In this document: piece after piece, positions 10,274 to 20,047 of the stretch
Layout of the letters: each line of letters begins with the position of its first letter
Position numbering within the stretch: the first letter of the stretch is position 1
DNA from: an uncultured Acidobacteriota bacterium
GTDB lineage: Bacteria; Acidobacteriota; UBA6911
Reading direction: 5' to 3'
NCBI GenBank assembly: GCA_963747985.1
Contig: CAVVHG010000002.1
Coordinates: forward strand, 33,323-97,322
DNA: 64,000 nucleotides
Position numbers and translations under genes: made by a program
Notes under the pieces: model-generated
What the model was told of the DNA's origin: nothing
What the model saw: only the letters and a program-made list of their open reading frames with translations
Databases searched by the model: none

Positions 10274-10825
10274 TCATCTCTGCTGACCTTTTGGAGCGGC
10301 CTTGGTCTTGACTCCCTTGCCCGTCGAGGATGTCCACCAAGTACCGTCTTTTTCATGCTCACCCTTTAACGAAAACGACATCCGGTCGGGACTGAAGGTG
10401 AACGTATTTCGCACTTTCATGCTCGGCTTGCCCTCAACACTTACGGGCGTGGCGGTGAGCACGAAGATCCCATCCTTGAATGTCGCGGTAGCGGTCCATG
10501 TTCCGCCGCTGCTTGAGAAGCCATGGCTTACGTATTGTTTCTTTATTGGATCATACCCGAGAATCTCCAGAGCGGTCGTTTCCCCGCTCCGTGATTTCCA
10601 CACATGACTGGCCTCCACAAAGAAACCTCCAAGTATCGAACGGCATCGAAGTGTCCACGCCAATTTATATTCAGGCTCGGGCGGACTGTCCTTGGCTTGC
10701 TCATCAATAGCCCAGTTTCCGATCCAAGGTTCCAAGCCCTTTAGTTCCGGTGCGGGCTGTGGAGCCTGCGTGTGCGCCGCTACTGCAAATAACAACACGA
10801 CCAAAGCAACAGCGATGCGTTTCAT
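10274..10825 (-). CDS. Hypothetical secreted protein
   Basis: The ORF begins with a signal peptide (MKRIAVALVVLLFAVAAHTQA) and is 183 aa. I recognised no family. Confidence 0.55.
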   Translation of the reverse strand: MKRIAVALVVLLFAVAAHTQAPQPAPELKGLEPWIGNWAIDEQAKDSPPEPEYKLAWTLRCRSILGGFFVEASHVWKSRSGETTALEILGYDPIKKQYVSHGFSSSGGTWTATATFKDGIFVLTATPVSVEGKPSMKVRNTFTFSPDRMSFSLKGEHEKDGTWWTSSTGKGVKTKAAPKGQQR

Positions 10826-11122
10826 AGAAGCCTCCGTCTGTTTCTCCGTAGTGTGATGAAGAAGTCCTTCGGTGACTGATTCCGTGTCGATGCCACATCG
10901 GTCACCGACCTGCGCGGCAGGGAGTGTTGGGCGGGAGAATGCCCAGCAGAGCCGCCTTAAAGCGTCTCACTGCTGGCACGGGGGACAGGAAGTGGAACAC
11001 TCACTTGAACGAGGTGCCGCTGGTACTTGATCTTGTGCTGGAGCCTTGTCAGCCTTGGTATGCGGGGGATTGTCAGCCCGTTCAGAGTGGGTTGTCAACG
11101 AGAAAGCGGACGGCGGCCCCCA

Positions 11123-11668
11123 TCAGTGTATCCTTCCGTTTCGGCTGAACTTCAGATCGGCTTCAATGCGTTCACGGACGAATGTGCAGGCTTCATCCGT
11201 CTTTTCGGTCGCAAGCAGTTCCTGCTTGATGACATCGGCTGTGCCTTCTCGGCCTGCCAGATCAACCGCGTAGCGCGGCACGAGTTCACCTCCTCTTTTC
11301 TTGGGGTCTTCCTCTGCAATCCAGAGAAGAAGGATCTTCCCATCTGACATCACGCGCTCGAAATGCGCCGCCGCGTTGTTATGCCAGCTTCGGTCTTCCA
11401 TCAGGCCGTCAAGTACGAGGTTCAGGACTTGCGGTTCCACCTTGATCGAACTGCCGAACTCCTTCATGTAGTGGAAGACGGCTTCCCGCCCATGCAGGCC
11501 GCCGAGTCCCTCGGCCCTCCCAGTCTGATACGAGTACTCCCTGAGGTCCCGCACTAACCCCGAGAACTTGTCTCTTTGAAACAAGGGGAGATCAAACTCG
11601 CTGATGGTGCGTTGCAGGAGATCGAAGGCTAGATTCATCTGTTTTGAGAAACGCTCGTAATCGTTCAT
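11123..11668 (-). CDS. Hypothetical protein
   Basis: This 181-aa ORF has coding-like composition. It is the best ORF in the region and has no recognisable motifs. Confidence 0.45.
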   Translation of the reverse strand: MNDYERFSKQMNLAFDLLQRTISEFDLPLFQRDKFSGLVRDLREYSYQTGRAEGLGGLHGREAVFHYMKEFGSSIKVEPQVLNLVLDGLMEDRSWHNNAAAHFERVMSDGKILLLWIAEEDPKKRGGELVPRYAVDLAGREGTADVIKQELLATEKTDEACTFVRERIEADLKFSRNGRIH

Positions 11669-11795
11669 GGTGTTGTTAGCGCATTATATCGCTGTCCCGA
11701 AAGGACGATTTCCCTCCCGCATCCGAGAAGGGGTCCATATCGTGCGTCCCCGAAAAGAGATTTCGTGCGTGCGCTGAGGGCGTATGCCATGATGC

Positions 11796-12065
11796 CTAAA
11801 AGCCCGAAGCGTACTTGTCCCTGAACCCCGCTCTCACCATATAGTCGGAGTCGTGCGGGCTGTATCGCGGAGACGGCATATCCGTAATGGGGCATTCGAG
11901 TATTATCTGATCTTGCCTGCGTACCAGAAGCCATGCAGCTTTGCCTTTCGACCTGAGGGCCATCGCTTGAGCAATCTGCTCTGTGCTATTCATCCACCCG
12001 CTCAGTCCCACAGTTCCATCCTCGTTCGTAATTCTGATCTGATATTCAATACCGTTGTGCGCCAT
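11796..12065 (-). CDS. Hypothetical small protein
   Basis: The 89-aa ORF is supported by composition only. Confidence 0.3.
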   Translation of the reverse strand: MAHNGIEYQIRITNEDGTVGLSGWMNSTEQIAQAMALRSKGKAAWLLVRRQDQIILECPITDMPSPRYSPHDSDYMVRAGFRDKYASGF

Positions 12066-12742
12066 GTTTTTCCCCCTTACCGCTAGGATGGGCTCCTGGC
12101 GGAGGCTTCACAACTTTTCCAAGCCGCGATTACCGGCTCGGGGTCTAGCACACTACGATAGGTGAAGCGCGATGCTCTTGATGGTTGTCGATGTAGAAAA
12201 TCGCTGTCGGAATTGGATCGCACACCTCCCGTAAGTGTGCTTTGCCAGGTATTCCGTCGGAAAGAGAGTGCTGCGGTCGGTTATCGCGGAGTTGCGCTCT
12301 GATTTTCGGCGATAAGGTTTAATGCTTACGTAGGCTACACCCGTCGGATTCCCCGAGCAATAGGGAATTGTCCAGCAGATCCGCAGACGGTAATTCGCTG
12401 CGAGCCTTATAGCCGCAACCATCACGAAAGAGGCGTGAGAGACATCAAATCCAACCGACTTTTGACGCCGTAGAAGAACTCATTGCGCGTCCAGAAGAGG
12501 GGGCATGCAAGGCGTGGGGGTGCTTCCGAAGGGTGTGGGTCTGGACGATGGGAAGCGGCCGCCCGGAAGAGCAGCCCGTTTCATCTTCCATGTGCACGCC
12601 TGATAGCCTGACGGTGACCTCGACCTGAACTCACCCCCCGATATCGCCTTCGCCAGATTCCTCGCTCGGAAAAGATCCTCAGACCCGAGGCCAGCAACAA
12701 GCACACTGTCTTCCAATAGCTTTACTCGCCTCGGCCTTTCGG

Positions 12743-12816
12743 GTCTATAATCGCCTCAACTTCCCCTGGTTGCTGGACGTATCGGGAACAACTGATCAAG
12801 AGGGAGGACGGACTCC
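12743..12816 (+). promoter_or_regulatory. Conserved kinase leader: -10-like TATAAT (12746-12751), a ~60-nt 5'UTR and RBS GGGAGG
   Basis: This region is about 85% identical to 23265-23340, upstream of a different kinase paralog. The identity continues about 75 nt into both coding regions. Confidence 0.5.
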
Positions 12817-15490
12817 CATGATCGGCAAGACGCTTGGTCATTACCAGATTACAGAAAAGCTCGGTGAAGGCGGAATGGGCGTGGTCTACAAGGCCCGCGA
12901 CACCCACCTTGACCGCTTCGCCGCCCTGAAGGTTCTTCCTCCCGAGAAGGTGTCAGACCCCGAGCGGAAGCGCCGTTTCATCCAGGAAGCCAAAGCGGCT
13001 TCAGCCCTGAATCACCCCAGCATCATCACGATCTATGACATCGACCAGGCTGATGGCATCGACTATATCGCCATGGAGTATGTCGCCGGGAAGACGCTTG
13101 ACGAATTGATCCCCCGCAAAGGGATGCGGCTCTCCCTGGCTCTGAAGTACGCCGTGCAGATCGCCGACGCTCTCGCCCGGGCTCATGGCGCGGGGATTAT
13201 CCACCGCGACCTCAAACCGTCGAACGTGATGGTGGACGAGCACGGCCTGGTGAAGATCCTGGATTTTGGGCTTGCGAAGCTGACGGAGACAGCGGGACCC
13301 GAAGCGGAAACCGCTGCGACCCGCACGGGAGCGGGCATGATCCTCGGGACTGCCGCCTACATGTCTCCCGAACAGGCGGAAGGCAAGCACATCGACACGC
13401 GCTCGGACATCTTCAGCTTCGGTTCAATGCTCTATGAGATGCTGACGGGACAGCGTGCATTCCGCGGCGACACGCGAGCATCGACGATTGCATCAATCCT
13501 GCGTGAAGACCCGAAGCCGATCAGCCAAGTGGCGGAGGGGTTGCCCCGCGAGGTGGAGAGGATTGTCAGGCGCTGTCTGCGAAAGGACCCTGAGCAGCGT
13601 TTCCAGACAATGGCGGATCTGAGAGTCGCGCTGGAGGAGCTCAAGGAGGAATCTGACTCCGGTGCGCTGGATGGGCCGGGCGTTTCAGGAGCGGCTGTTC
13701 GCTCCAGGCTCTGGTGGGCCGGTGCGGCGGCGGGTTTGGTGGTCATAGTCGTGGCATCGGGGATCGGAGGCTGGCTCTGGATCAACCGGTCGCACCAAAG
13801 GCTTCCCGAGGCGCCTATGACTGCCGTTCCTCTTCTCACTTTTCCTGGAGATCTCGGAGGGCCGACTTTCTCACCCGAAGGCGACAGAGTAGCGTTCCAC
13901 TGGACCGGTGAGAAGCAGGACAATTATGATATCTACGTCAAATTGATCGGGCCGGGGGATCCGTTACGCCTCACGACCGACCCGGCGCCGGATTTCGCTC
14001 CCGCCTGGTCTCCGGACGGCAAATTAGTTGCCTTCCTCCGAGGGTTAGAAACCAGTGTTGGTGTATTTGTCGTTCCCGCTTTGGGTGGCCCCGCGCGTCG
14101 TTTGGCACAAATTGATGTGCCAGGAGTAGCTGTCTATCTCAACTTAGCCTGGTCCCCAGATAACAAGTGGCTGGTCGCAACAGACCAAAACGACGGGGGA
14201 CCGACTCATGCCCATGGTTTCCATTTGATATCGGTCGAAACCGGTGAAAAGACCCGGCTCACTTCTCCCCCTGCGAGTTGGGTCGTGTCTGGCGACATCT
14301 TGCCTTCTTTCTCGCCTGACGGCCATTCCCTTGCCTTCGTCCGACGTCTTGATGAGGGCATTGCCGATGTCTATCGGATTTCGCTCACCGACGATTATCG
14401 GGCCAAAGGTGACCCGGAGCGTCTGACATACGAGAATCGCGACATCTCCAGTCCAGTCTGGACCCGGGACGGCAACCAAATCCTCTATAGCTCAGGCAAC
14501 TATTTCACCACCGGACGGGTCGTGCGTCGCATCGCACTTTCAGTGCCCAAGGGCAGCGGCGGATATCCCGCCACCCAGGAATCCTTTGGCGAGGACGCGT
14601 TAGAGCTAGCCATTTCGCCCGCCGGTCGACGTCTGGCCTATCACCGTGGATACTGGGACATCAACATCTATCGCATCGAATTGCACGACGAGAACGGCCG
14701 GGTCGGGGCTCCACAGAAGTTCATTGCCTCCACGCGACCGGATCGGGAACAGGAGTACTCTCCGGACGGCAAGATGATCACCTTCACCTCAGCCCGCTCG
14801 GGGAGTCAGGAGATCTGGGTGTGCAATGCGGACGGCTCAAACCCTCGCCAGTTGACTTCGATGGGAGGCCCTTTGACTGGAGACGTCCGCTGGTCTCCGG
14901 ACAGCAGGATGCTCGTCTTTGACTCCCTCAAGGAAGGATCCTTGGACCTTTACCTGATCAGCGCCGAGGGAGGGTCACCTCGCCGACTGACCTCGGATCT
15001 GAAAACCGAAGCCGATGCCAGCTGGTCGCGGGACGGGAAGTGGGTCTATTTCTGGTCTGACCGAAGCGGTGATGACCAAGTGTACAAGGTGCCGTCGGGA
15101 GGAGGAGAGGCTATTCAAGTGACCAGAAAAGGCGGACTTTATGCCTCCGAATCACCCGACGGCAAGTGGCTCTATTATTCCAAATCGTCGGCGGGAGGCT
15201 GGGCCATCTGGAAGGTCCCGTCCGGGGGCGGCGAAGAAAGCCAATTTCATGAAGGCCCTATAATCGGCGGCACCTACAATTTCGTTGTCGTGGAAGATGG
15301 CATCTACTTTACCAAATCCGGCGGCACCCTCGACTTTATCGACTTCAAGAGCGGGAAAACTAGGACACTGTGCCGGATTGAGAAGGGCGTGGAATTCGGA
15401 CTCTCCATTTCGCCCGATCACCGATGGATCCTCTGCAGCCTGCGAGAAGAAGGCTCCAATGACCTGATGCTGGTGGAGAACTTCCGATGA
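12817..15490 (+). CDS. Ser/Thr protein kinase with TM helix and TolB-like (PD40) beta-propeller
   Basis: The protein starts [28 protein letters not shown] and carries [16 protein letters not shown] and SPEQ. A TM segment ([17 protein letters not shown]) is followed by FSPDG/WSPDG repeats. The start is chosen at the Met after the RBS GGGAGG; the ORF table's 12770 start is read-through of the leader. Confidence 0.9.
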
Positions 15491-15693
15491 TCGGCGAGAC
15501 GGTTTCGCACTACAAGATTGTTGAGAAACTCGGCGGCGGAGGGATGGGTGTCGTCTACAAGGCCGAGGACACCAAGCTCCATCGTTTCGTTGCCCTGAAG
15601 TTCCTCCCGGAAGAGCTATCGAAACGCCCGAAGGCAACGCAAGGCGATCAGTACGACCGCACTTGCACTGGACACGAAGCTGATGGACCCTGA
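15487..15693 (+). pseudogene. Ser/Thr kinase N-terminal fragment
   Basis: The first ~45 codons ([43 protein letters not shown]) are kinase-like. The frame then diverges and stops at 15693. It overlaps the stop of the upstream kinase (ATGA) and the start of the downstream kinase. Confidence 0.6.
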
Positions 15694-18688
15694 ACGCTGG
15701 CAGCAGATCAAGCAGCTCTACAACACGGCCCTCGAACTTGAACCGGGTCAGCGGGAATCGTTCCTCCAGGAAGCCTGCGCCGGTGACCAGTCTCTCTTGA
15801 AGGAAATCGAACGCCTGCTCGCGCAGCAGGTGGAAGCGGAAGACCTCCTGGGAAAGCCGGCCTTCGAGGTGGCTGCCCAGGCGCTTGCGCAGGATCACAA
15901 GGATGAGCCGCAGCCGAACTATGCCGGCCGGTCTCTTCTGCACTATCGGATCACAGAGAGGATCGGCGAAGGCGGCATGGGCGTCGTCTATAGAGCCCGC
16001 GACACTCACCTTGACCGGACAGTCGCCATCAAGGTCTTGCCTGGGGCGGTGGTGGCCGACCCGGAGCGCAAGCGGCGCTTCGTTCAGGAAGCCAAAGCAG
16101 CCTCGGCTCTCAATCACCCGAACATCATCGACATTCACGACATCAACTCCGATGCCGGCGTGGACTTCATCGTCATGGAGAACGTCCCTGGCAACACGCT
16201 GGACCGTCGCATCGGAGGCAAGGGACTTCGGATGGGCGAGGTGCTGAAATATGCCGTTCAGATCGCCGATGCGATCGCTGCTGCGCACGCGGCTGGAATC
16301 GTGCACCGGGATCTGAAACCGGCCAACATCATGGTCACGGAAACGGGGCTGATAAAGGTCCTCGACTTCGGTCTGGCCAAGCTTACCCAACCCTTGGAGA
16401 ACGAAGTGTCCGCCACCGCATCGGCGATGGAATCCTTGACCGGAGAGGGCCGGATCATGGGCACTGTGGCCTACATGTCGCCGGAGCAAGCGGAGGGGAA
16501 GGCAGTTGATGCCCGTTCGGACATCTTTTCATTCGGGTCGGTACTCTACGAGATGATATCGGGCAAGCAGGCGTTTCAGGGCGACAGCACGCTCTCGACC
16601 CTGTCGGCCATTCTAAACAAGGAAGTCGCGCCGTTGAGCGCCGACATCCCGCACGACCTCGAGAAGATCGTCACTCGTTGCCTGCGAAAAGACCCGGCGC
16701 GGCGTTTCCAAGCCATGGCGGACCTTAAGGTTGAGCTGGAGGAACTGAAGGAGGCGGTGGACCTCCGAGCGGAATTGAAGCGGCTGAAGCGGGACAGCGA
16801 TTCAAGTAACCCTGCTGTCTATGAGGAGCCTACGTCTCGTGTCGCTCGCAGTTGGAGGGTGAGCTACCCGATTGCAGCAGCGGTACTGTTGCTGCTCGCA
16901 ATCGCGGTGGGCACTACATGGTGGATCATGCGGTCCAGAATGGCGACTGGTCAGCCTCAGCTAAGGAGACTCACCTGGGACACTGGACTGACTACCGATC
17001 CGGCACTCTCTGCCGACGGCAGGTGGCTCGCCTATGCGTCGGATCGGAGTGGAGAAGGAAACCTCGACATCTGGGTACAGCAACTCGCCAAGGGCGAGAC
17101 TCGCGGAGAACCAGTCCGAATCACCCGCGATCCAGCTGATGATTCCGAACCCAACCTCTCACCGGATGGGAGTCAGATCGTCTTTACTTCTGCTCGCGAC
17201 GGCGGGGGAATCTACCTGGTATCGACCACAGGTGGCCAGGAAAGATTGCTCGTCAAAGAGGGACATCGCCCTCGCTTCGCTCCGGATGGCAGATCGGTTG
17301 CCTACTGGATGGGCGGGGCAAGTTGGTGGCATTCCCCCAAGTCTTTCATACTGCCTCTGTCCGGAGGGACGTCCCGGCAGCTGCAGCCGACCTTTCGAGC
17401 AGTTGCCTTTCCGACATGGTCTCCAGATGGAAACCATCTATTGTTTTATGGCTGGAAACAACAAGTGATGGAAGGCGACATAGGAGAAGATGCAGGCTGG
17501 TGGGTAACATCTCCGAAGGGAGGCACGGCAGTCCAGACAGGCCTTGGTCAAAACCCGCAAGACAACATCCGGTCCCTCGCTCTGCCCGAATGGATAACCC
17601 AAAGCGTGGTCATTTTTCCCAGGACCTGGCAAGACAATGTGGACATCTGGCAGGTTCAGATATCACCGAAAACCTTCAAGGTTGAGGGGGCACCCGAACG
17701 TATCACTTCCGGAACCAACCTCCAAATTCGCCCCACATTCGCTTCAGGTTATCTCGCTTTTACCGGATTGGCCGTGAGCGGGAACATCTGCGCCTTGCCT
17801 GTCGACCACATCCATGGCAAAGCTCTGGGTGAAATTCAAAGGTTGACCCAGGACACGTCAGTGAACGGGCAGCCCTGCATCTCGGTGGACGGCACAAAGC
17901 TCGTGTACACCTCCGAGAGATCAGCAGGCAGGAACGGGTGGATTAAGGATCTGAGAAGCGGACGGGTCACAGCAATTCTACCCGAGTTGCGTGAGGGTCA
18001 GCGGTTACATATTCCCAGAATAAGCGGGGACGGGTCGAAGGTAGCCTATATAGCCTATACGGGATCGAAAGTCGGACTATTCGTGGCCGACACAAACGAT
18101 CTGGTCGCCCGATTGTTGTGTGAAGATTGCGGCAGCCCAGGCGCTTGGTTTCCAGACGGACGCAGGCTCCTGCTTTACTTCCTTCCCGGCGGCTATACAC
18201 GGATAGAGGCACTCGACATAGATTCCGGGGAACGCACCCTGGTCGTCCAGTATTCGCTTAATCTCATTCAGCCGCACTTCTCACCCGATGGCCGTTGGCT
18301 AGCATTGCATACGCATTACAGTGCAGCTGGAAGGCAGATTTTGATTATTCCCCTCCGCAATGGCGTCGCCGCCAAAGAACAAGAATGGGTGACTGTCACG
18401 GATGGCTCCAGCTTTGACCTTGATAAAGACTGGTCTCCCGATGGGAATCTGCTCTATTTCTTTTCGGAGCGGGATGGTTTTCGTTGTATCTGGGCGCAAC
18501 GACTGGAACCGTCGAGCAAGCTACCTACTGGACCGGCTTTCCCCATTTACCACTCGCATGAGCCGAGCCGATCCATCAAAAACATCATACCTGGATACCT
18601 GACGATGGCCGTAAGTGGCAATCAAATTGTCTTTCCGATGGGTGAACTCACCGGCAACATCTATATCACCGAATTACGGCATCGGTAG
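15683..18688 (+). CDS. Ser/Thr protein kinase with N-terminal sigma-associated domain, TM helix and PD40 beta-propeller
   Basis: The N-terminus [46 protein letters not shown] is paralogous to the 1529 gene. Kinase motifs [10 protein letters not shown] and DFGLAK are present, followed by a TM segment ([18 protein letters not shown]) and SPDG repeats. Confidence 0.9.
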   Translation: MDPERWQQIKQLYNTALELEPGQRESFLQEACAGDQSLLKEIERLLAQQVEAEDLLGKPAFEVAAQALAQDHKDEPQPNYAGRSLLHYRITERIGEGGMGVVYRARDTHLDRTVAIKVLPGAVVADPERKRRFVQEAKAASALNHPNIIDIHDINSDAGVDFIVMENVPGNTLDRRIGGKGLRMGEVLKYAVQIADAIAAAHAAGIVHRDLKPANIMVTETGLIKVLDFGLAKLTQPLENEVSATASAMESLTGEGRIMGTVAYMSPEQAEGKAVDARSDIFSFGSVLYEMISGKQAFQGDSTLSTLSAILNKEVAPLSADIPHDLEKIVTRCLRKDPARRFQAMADLKVELEELKEAVDLRAELKRLKRDSDSSNPAVYEEPTSRVARSWRVSYPIAAAVLLLLAIAVGTTWWIMRSRMATGQPQLRRLTWDTGLTTDPALSADGRWLAYASDRSGEGNLDIWVQQLAKGETRGEPVRITRDPADDSEPNLSPDGSQIVFTSARDGGGIYLVSTTGGQERLLVKEGHRPRFAPDGRSVAYWMGGASWWHSPKSFILPLSGGTSRQLQPTFRAVAFPTWSPDGNHLLFYGWKQQVMEGDIGEDAGWWVTSPKGGTAVQTGLGQNPQDNIRSLALPEWITQSVVIFPRTWQDNVDIWQVQISPKTFKVEGAPERITSGTNLQIRPTFASGYLAFTGLAVSGNICALPVDHIHGKALGEIQRLTQDTSVNGQPCISVDGTKLVYTSERSAGRNGWIKDLRSGRVTAILPELREGQRLHIPRISGDGSKVAYIAYTGSKVGLFVADTNDLVARLLCEDCGSPGAWFPDGRRLLLYFLPGGYTRIEALDIDSGERTLVVQYSLNLIQPHFSPDGRWLALHTHYSAAGRQILIIPLRNGVAAKEQEWVTVTDGSSFDLDKDWSPDGNLLYFFSERDGFRCIWAQRLEPSSKLPTGPAFPIYHSHEPSRSIKNIIPGYLTMAVSGNQIVFPMGELTGNIYITELRHR

Positions 18689-18734
18689 TAAGACTCGAAA
18701 AAGTCTGTCAACGGAGATTGAAGACGTTCTCATC

Positions 18735-19118
18735 ATGATCGGCGCATCGCTCTCTCACTACCGCATCACGGAAAAGCTCGGTCAGGGCGGGATGGGCGAG
18801 GTTTATCGTGCCGAGGACACGAACCTGTCCCGGCAGGTGGCGATCAAGGTCCTGCCTGACGAGTTCGCCCATGATGCTGAGAGGCTGGCCCGGTTTGAGC
18901 GCGAGGCGAAGCTGTTGGCATCGATGAATCATCCTAACATCGCGGCAATCCACGGACTAGAGGAGCACGAAGGGAAGCGGTTCCTCGTTCTGGAACTGGT
19001 CGAAGGACGTACGCTGGCGGAGCGGCTGAAGAAAGGCCGCATCCCATTGGACGAAACGCTCGACATCTGCCGCCAGATCGCCGAAGGGCTCGAAGCCGCC
19101 GAAGAATTATGCCGATGA
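18735..19118 (+). pseudogene. Ser/Thr kinase N-terminal fragment (kinase subdomains I-V only)
   Basis: MIGASLSHYRITEKLGQGGMGEVYRAED...HPNIAAIHGLEE...CRQIAEGLEAA closely matches the 1529 paralog through EGLEAA. It then ends at AAEELCR* where the paralog continues with HEKGVIHRDLKP. Confidence 0.7.
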
Positions 19119-19852
19119 TACCCTCAGCCACTCTTGATAAACAGCCCTGGCAAAGACATCCGATAACTCAGATCCTCGCCGTCGTCGCTGTCTGTGTACC
19201 GCTCTACGCCTTTGCGCTGTGGTCACATCTGAGCCACCAGACAGTCACACTGAGGGCACTGTTTCTCTATCCCCTGCTCCTTGGTGGTGGCAACGTTGTT
19301 CTAGCATTGTTGATCTACCGGTTCATCTGCGGGGAGCGTATCGCCAGTCTGAATCTCAAAGCCGGCAAATGGTTCGCAGATGTTCTCGCTGGCATTCTCC
19401 TGGCAGCTGTTTTCCTCGGGTTGCTTGTGCTTCAGCAAATGGTGCAGTCAAGATGGCTGGCTCATGCAGCCGGTCCACCGCCGCAGGCGCTCATCACCCT
19501 CTTTCAGGGGATTGTGAACAATCCCTTACTGCTTGCGATATGGCTCGGCCCCGTCGCCTGGTTGGGTGTGGCAACGTTCGAAGAGTTGTCTCGCGTATTC
19601 ATGCTGAACCGCCTCTGGACAGTCTGGTCGCAGCCATTCGCTCGCTGGTTCATTCTCCTGGTATCGGCTTTTCTCTTCGGGCTGGTCCATATCTATCAAG
19701 GTCCTGTAAGCGTGGTTGCCATCGCCCTTCAAGGATTTGCTTACGGCTGGTACTACATGCGCTTTGGGCGTGTGTGGCCCATGATCATCGGCCATGCCCT
19801 GTACGATTCGTTTCAAGTCATCCAGGTAGTCATAGCCTTCAAAGGCGGATAG
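19109..19852 (+). CDS. CPBP-family intramembrane metalloprotease (CAAX protease-like)
   Basis: The 247-aa ORF is multi-TM and carries the family motifs FEELSRVF (EExxxR), FGLVH (FxxxH) and GHALYD (HxxxD). It sits between the two halves of a disrupted kinase gene. Confidence 0.8.
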   Translation: MPMIPSATLDKQPWQRHPITQILAVVAVCVPLYAFALWSHLSHQTVTLRALFLYPLLLGGGNVVLALLIYRFICGERIASLNLKAGKWFADVLAGILLAAVFLGLLVLQQMVQSRWLAHAAGPPPQALITLFQGIVNNPLLLAIWLGPVAWLGVATFEELSRVFMLNRLWTVWSQPFARWFILLVSAFLFGLVHIYQGPVSVVAIALQGFAYGWYYMRFGRVWPMIIGHALYDSFQVIQVVIAFKGG

Positions 19853-19864
19853 GTAAGATCAAGG

Positions 19865-19945
19865 AAGCCCACGCCTGTGACCGAGATGATCCTCGTCCAG
19901 AACTAGTTCGAGAATCTCAAGCGCCTTTGCCCTACCGGGAAGTGA
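19865..19945 (+). pseudogene. C-terminal remnant of a kinase-propeller paralog
   Basis: The stretch aagcccacgcctgtgaccgagatgatcctcgtccagaacTAGttcgagaatctcaagcgcctttgccc is near-identical to the last ~25 codons of the 1529 gene (4450-4528, PVTEMILVMNWFEELKRLCPTTGK). It carries an internal stop. Confidence 0.6.
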
Positions 19946-20047
19946 TCGCCGCTGAAGTGCTGCTGCCCAGTCCCTCGTGCACCGCACGAACTTCCTCCGT
20001 AGTGCAAGTTTATTAGGTGCATGGCTGTCCATCGATCACCGGATTCG

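Noticed and set aside
15152-16489. 445-aa minus-strand ORF
   Set aside because: It runs entirely antisense to two well-supported kinase genes and has no motifs.
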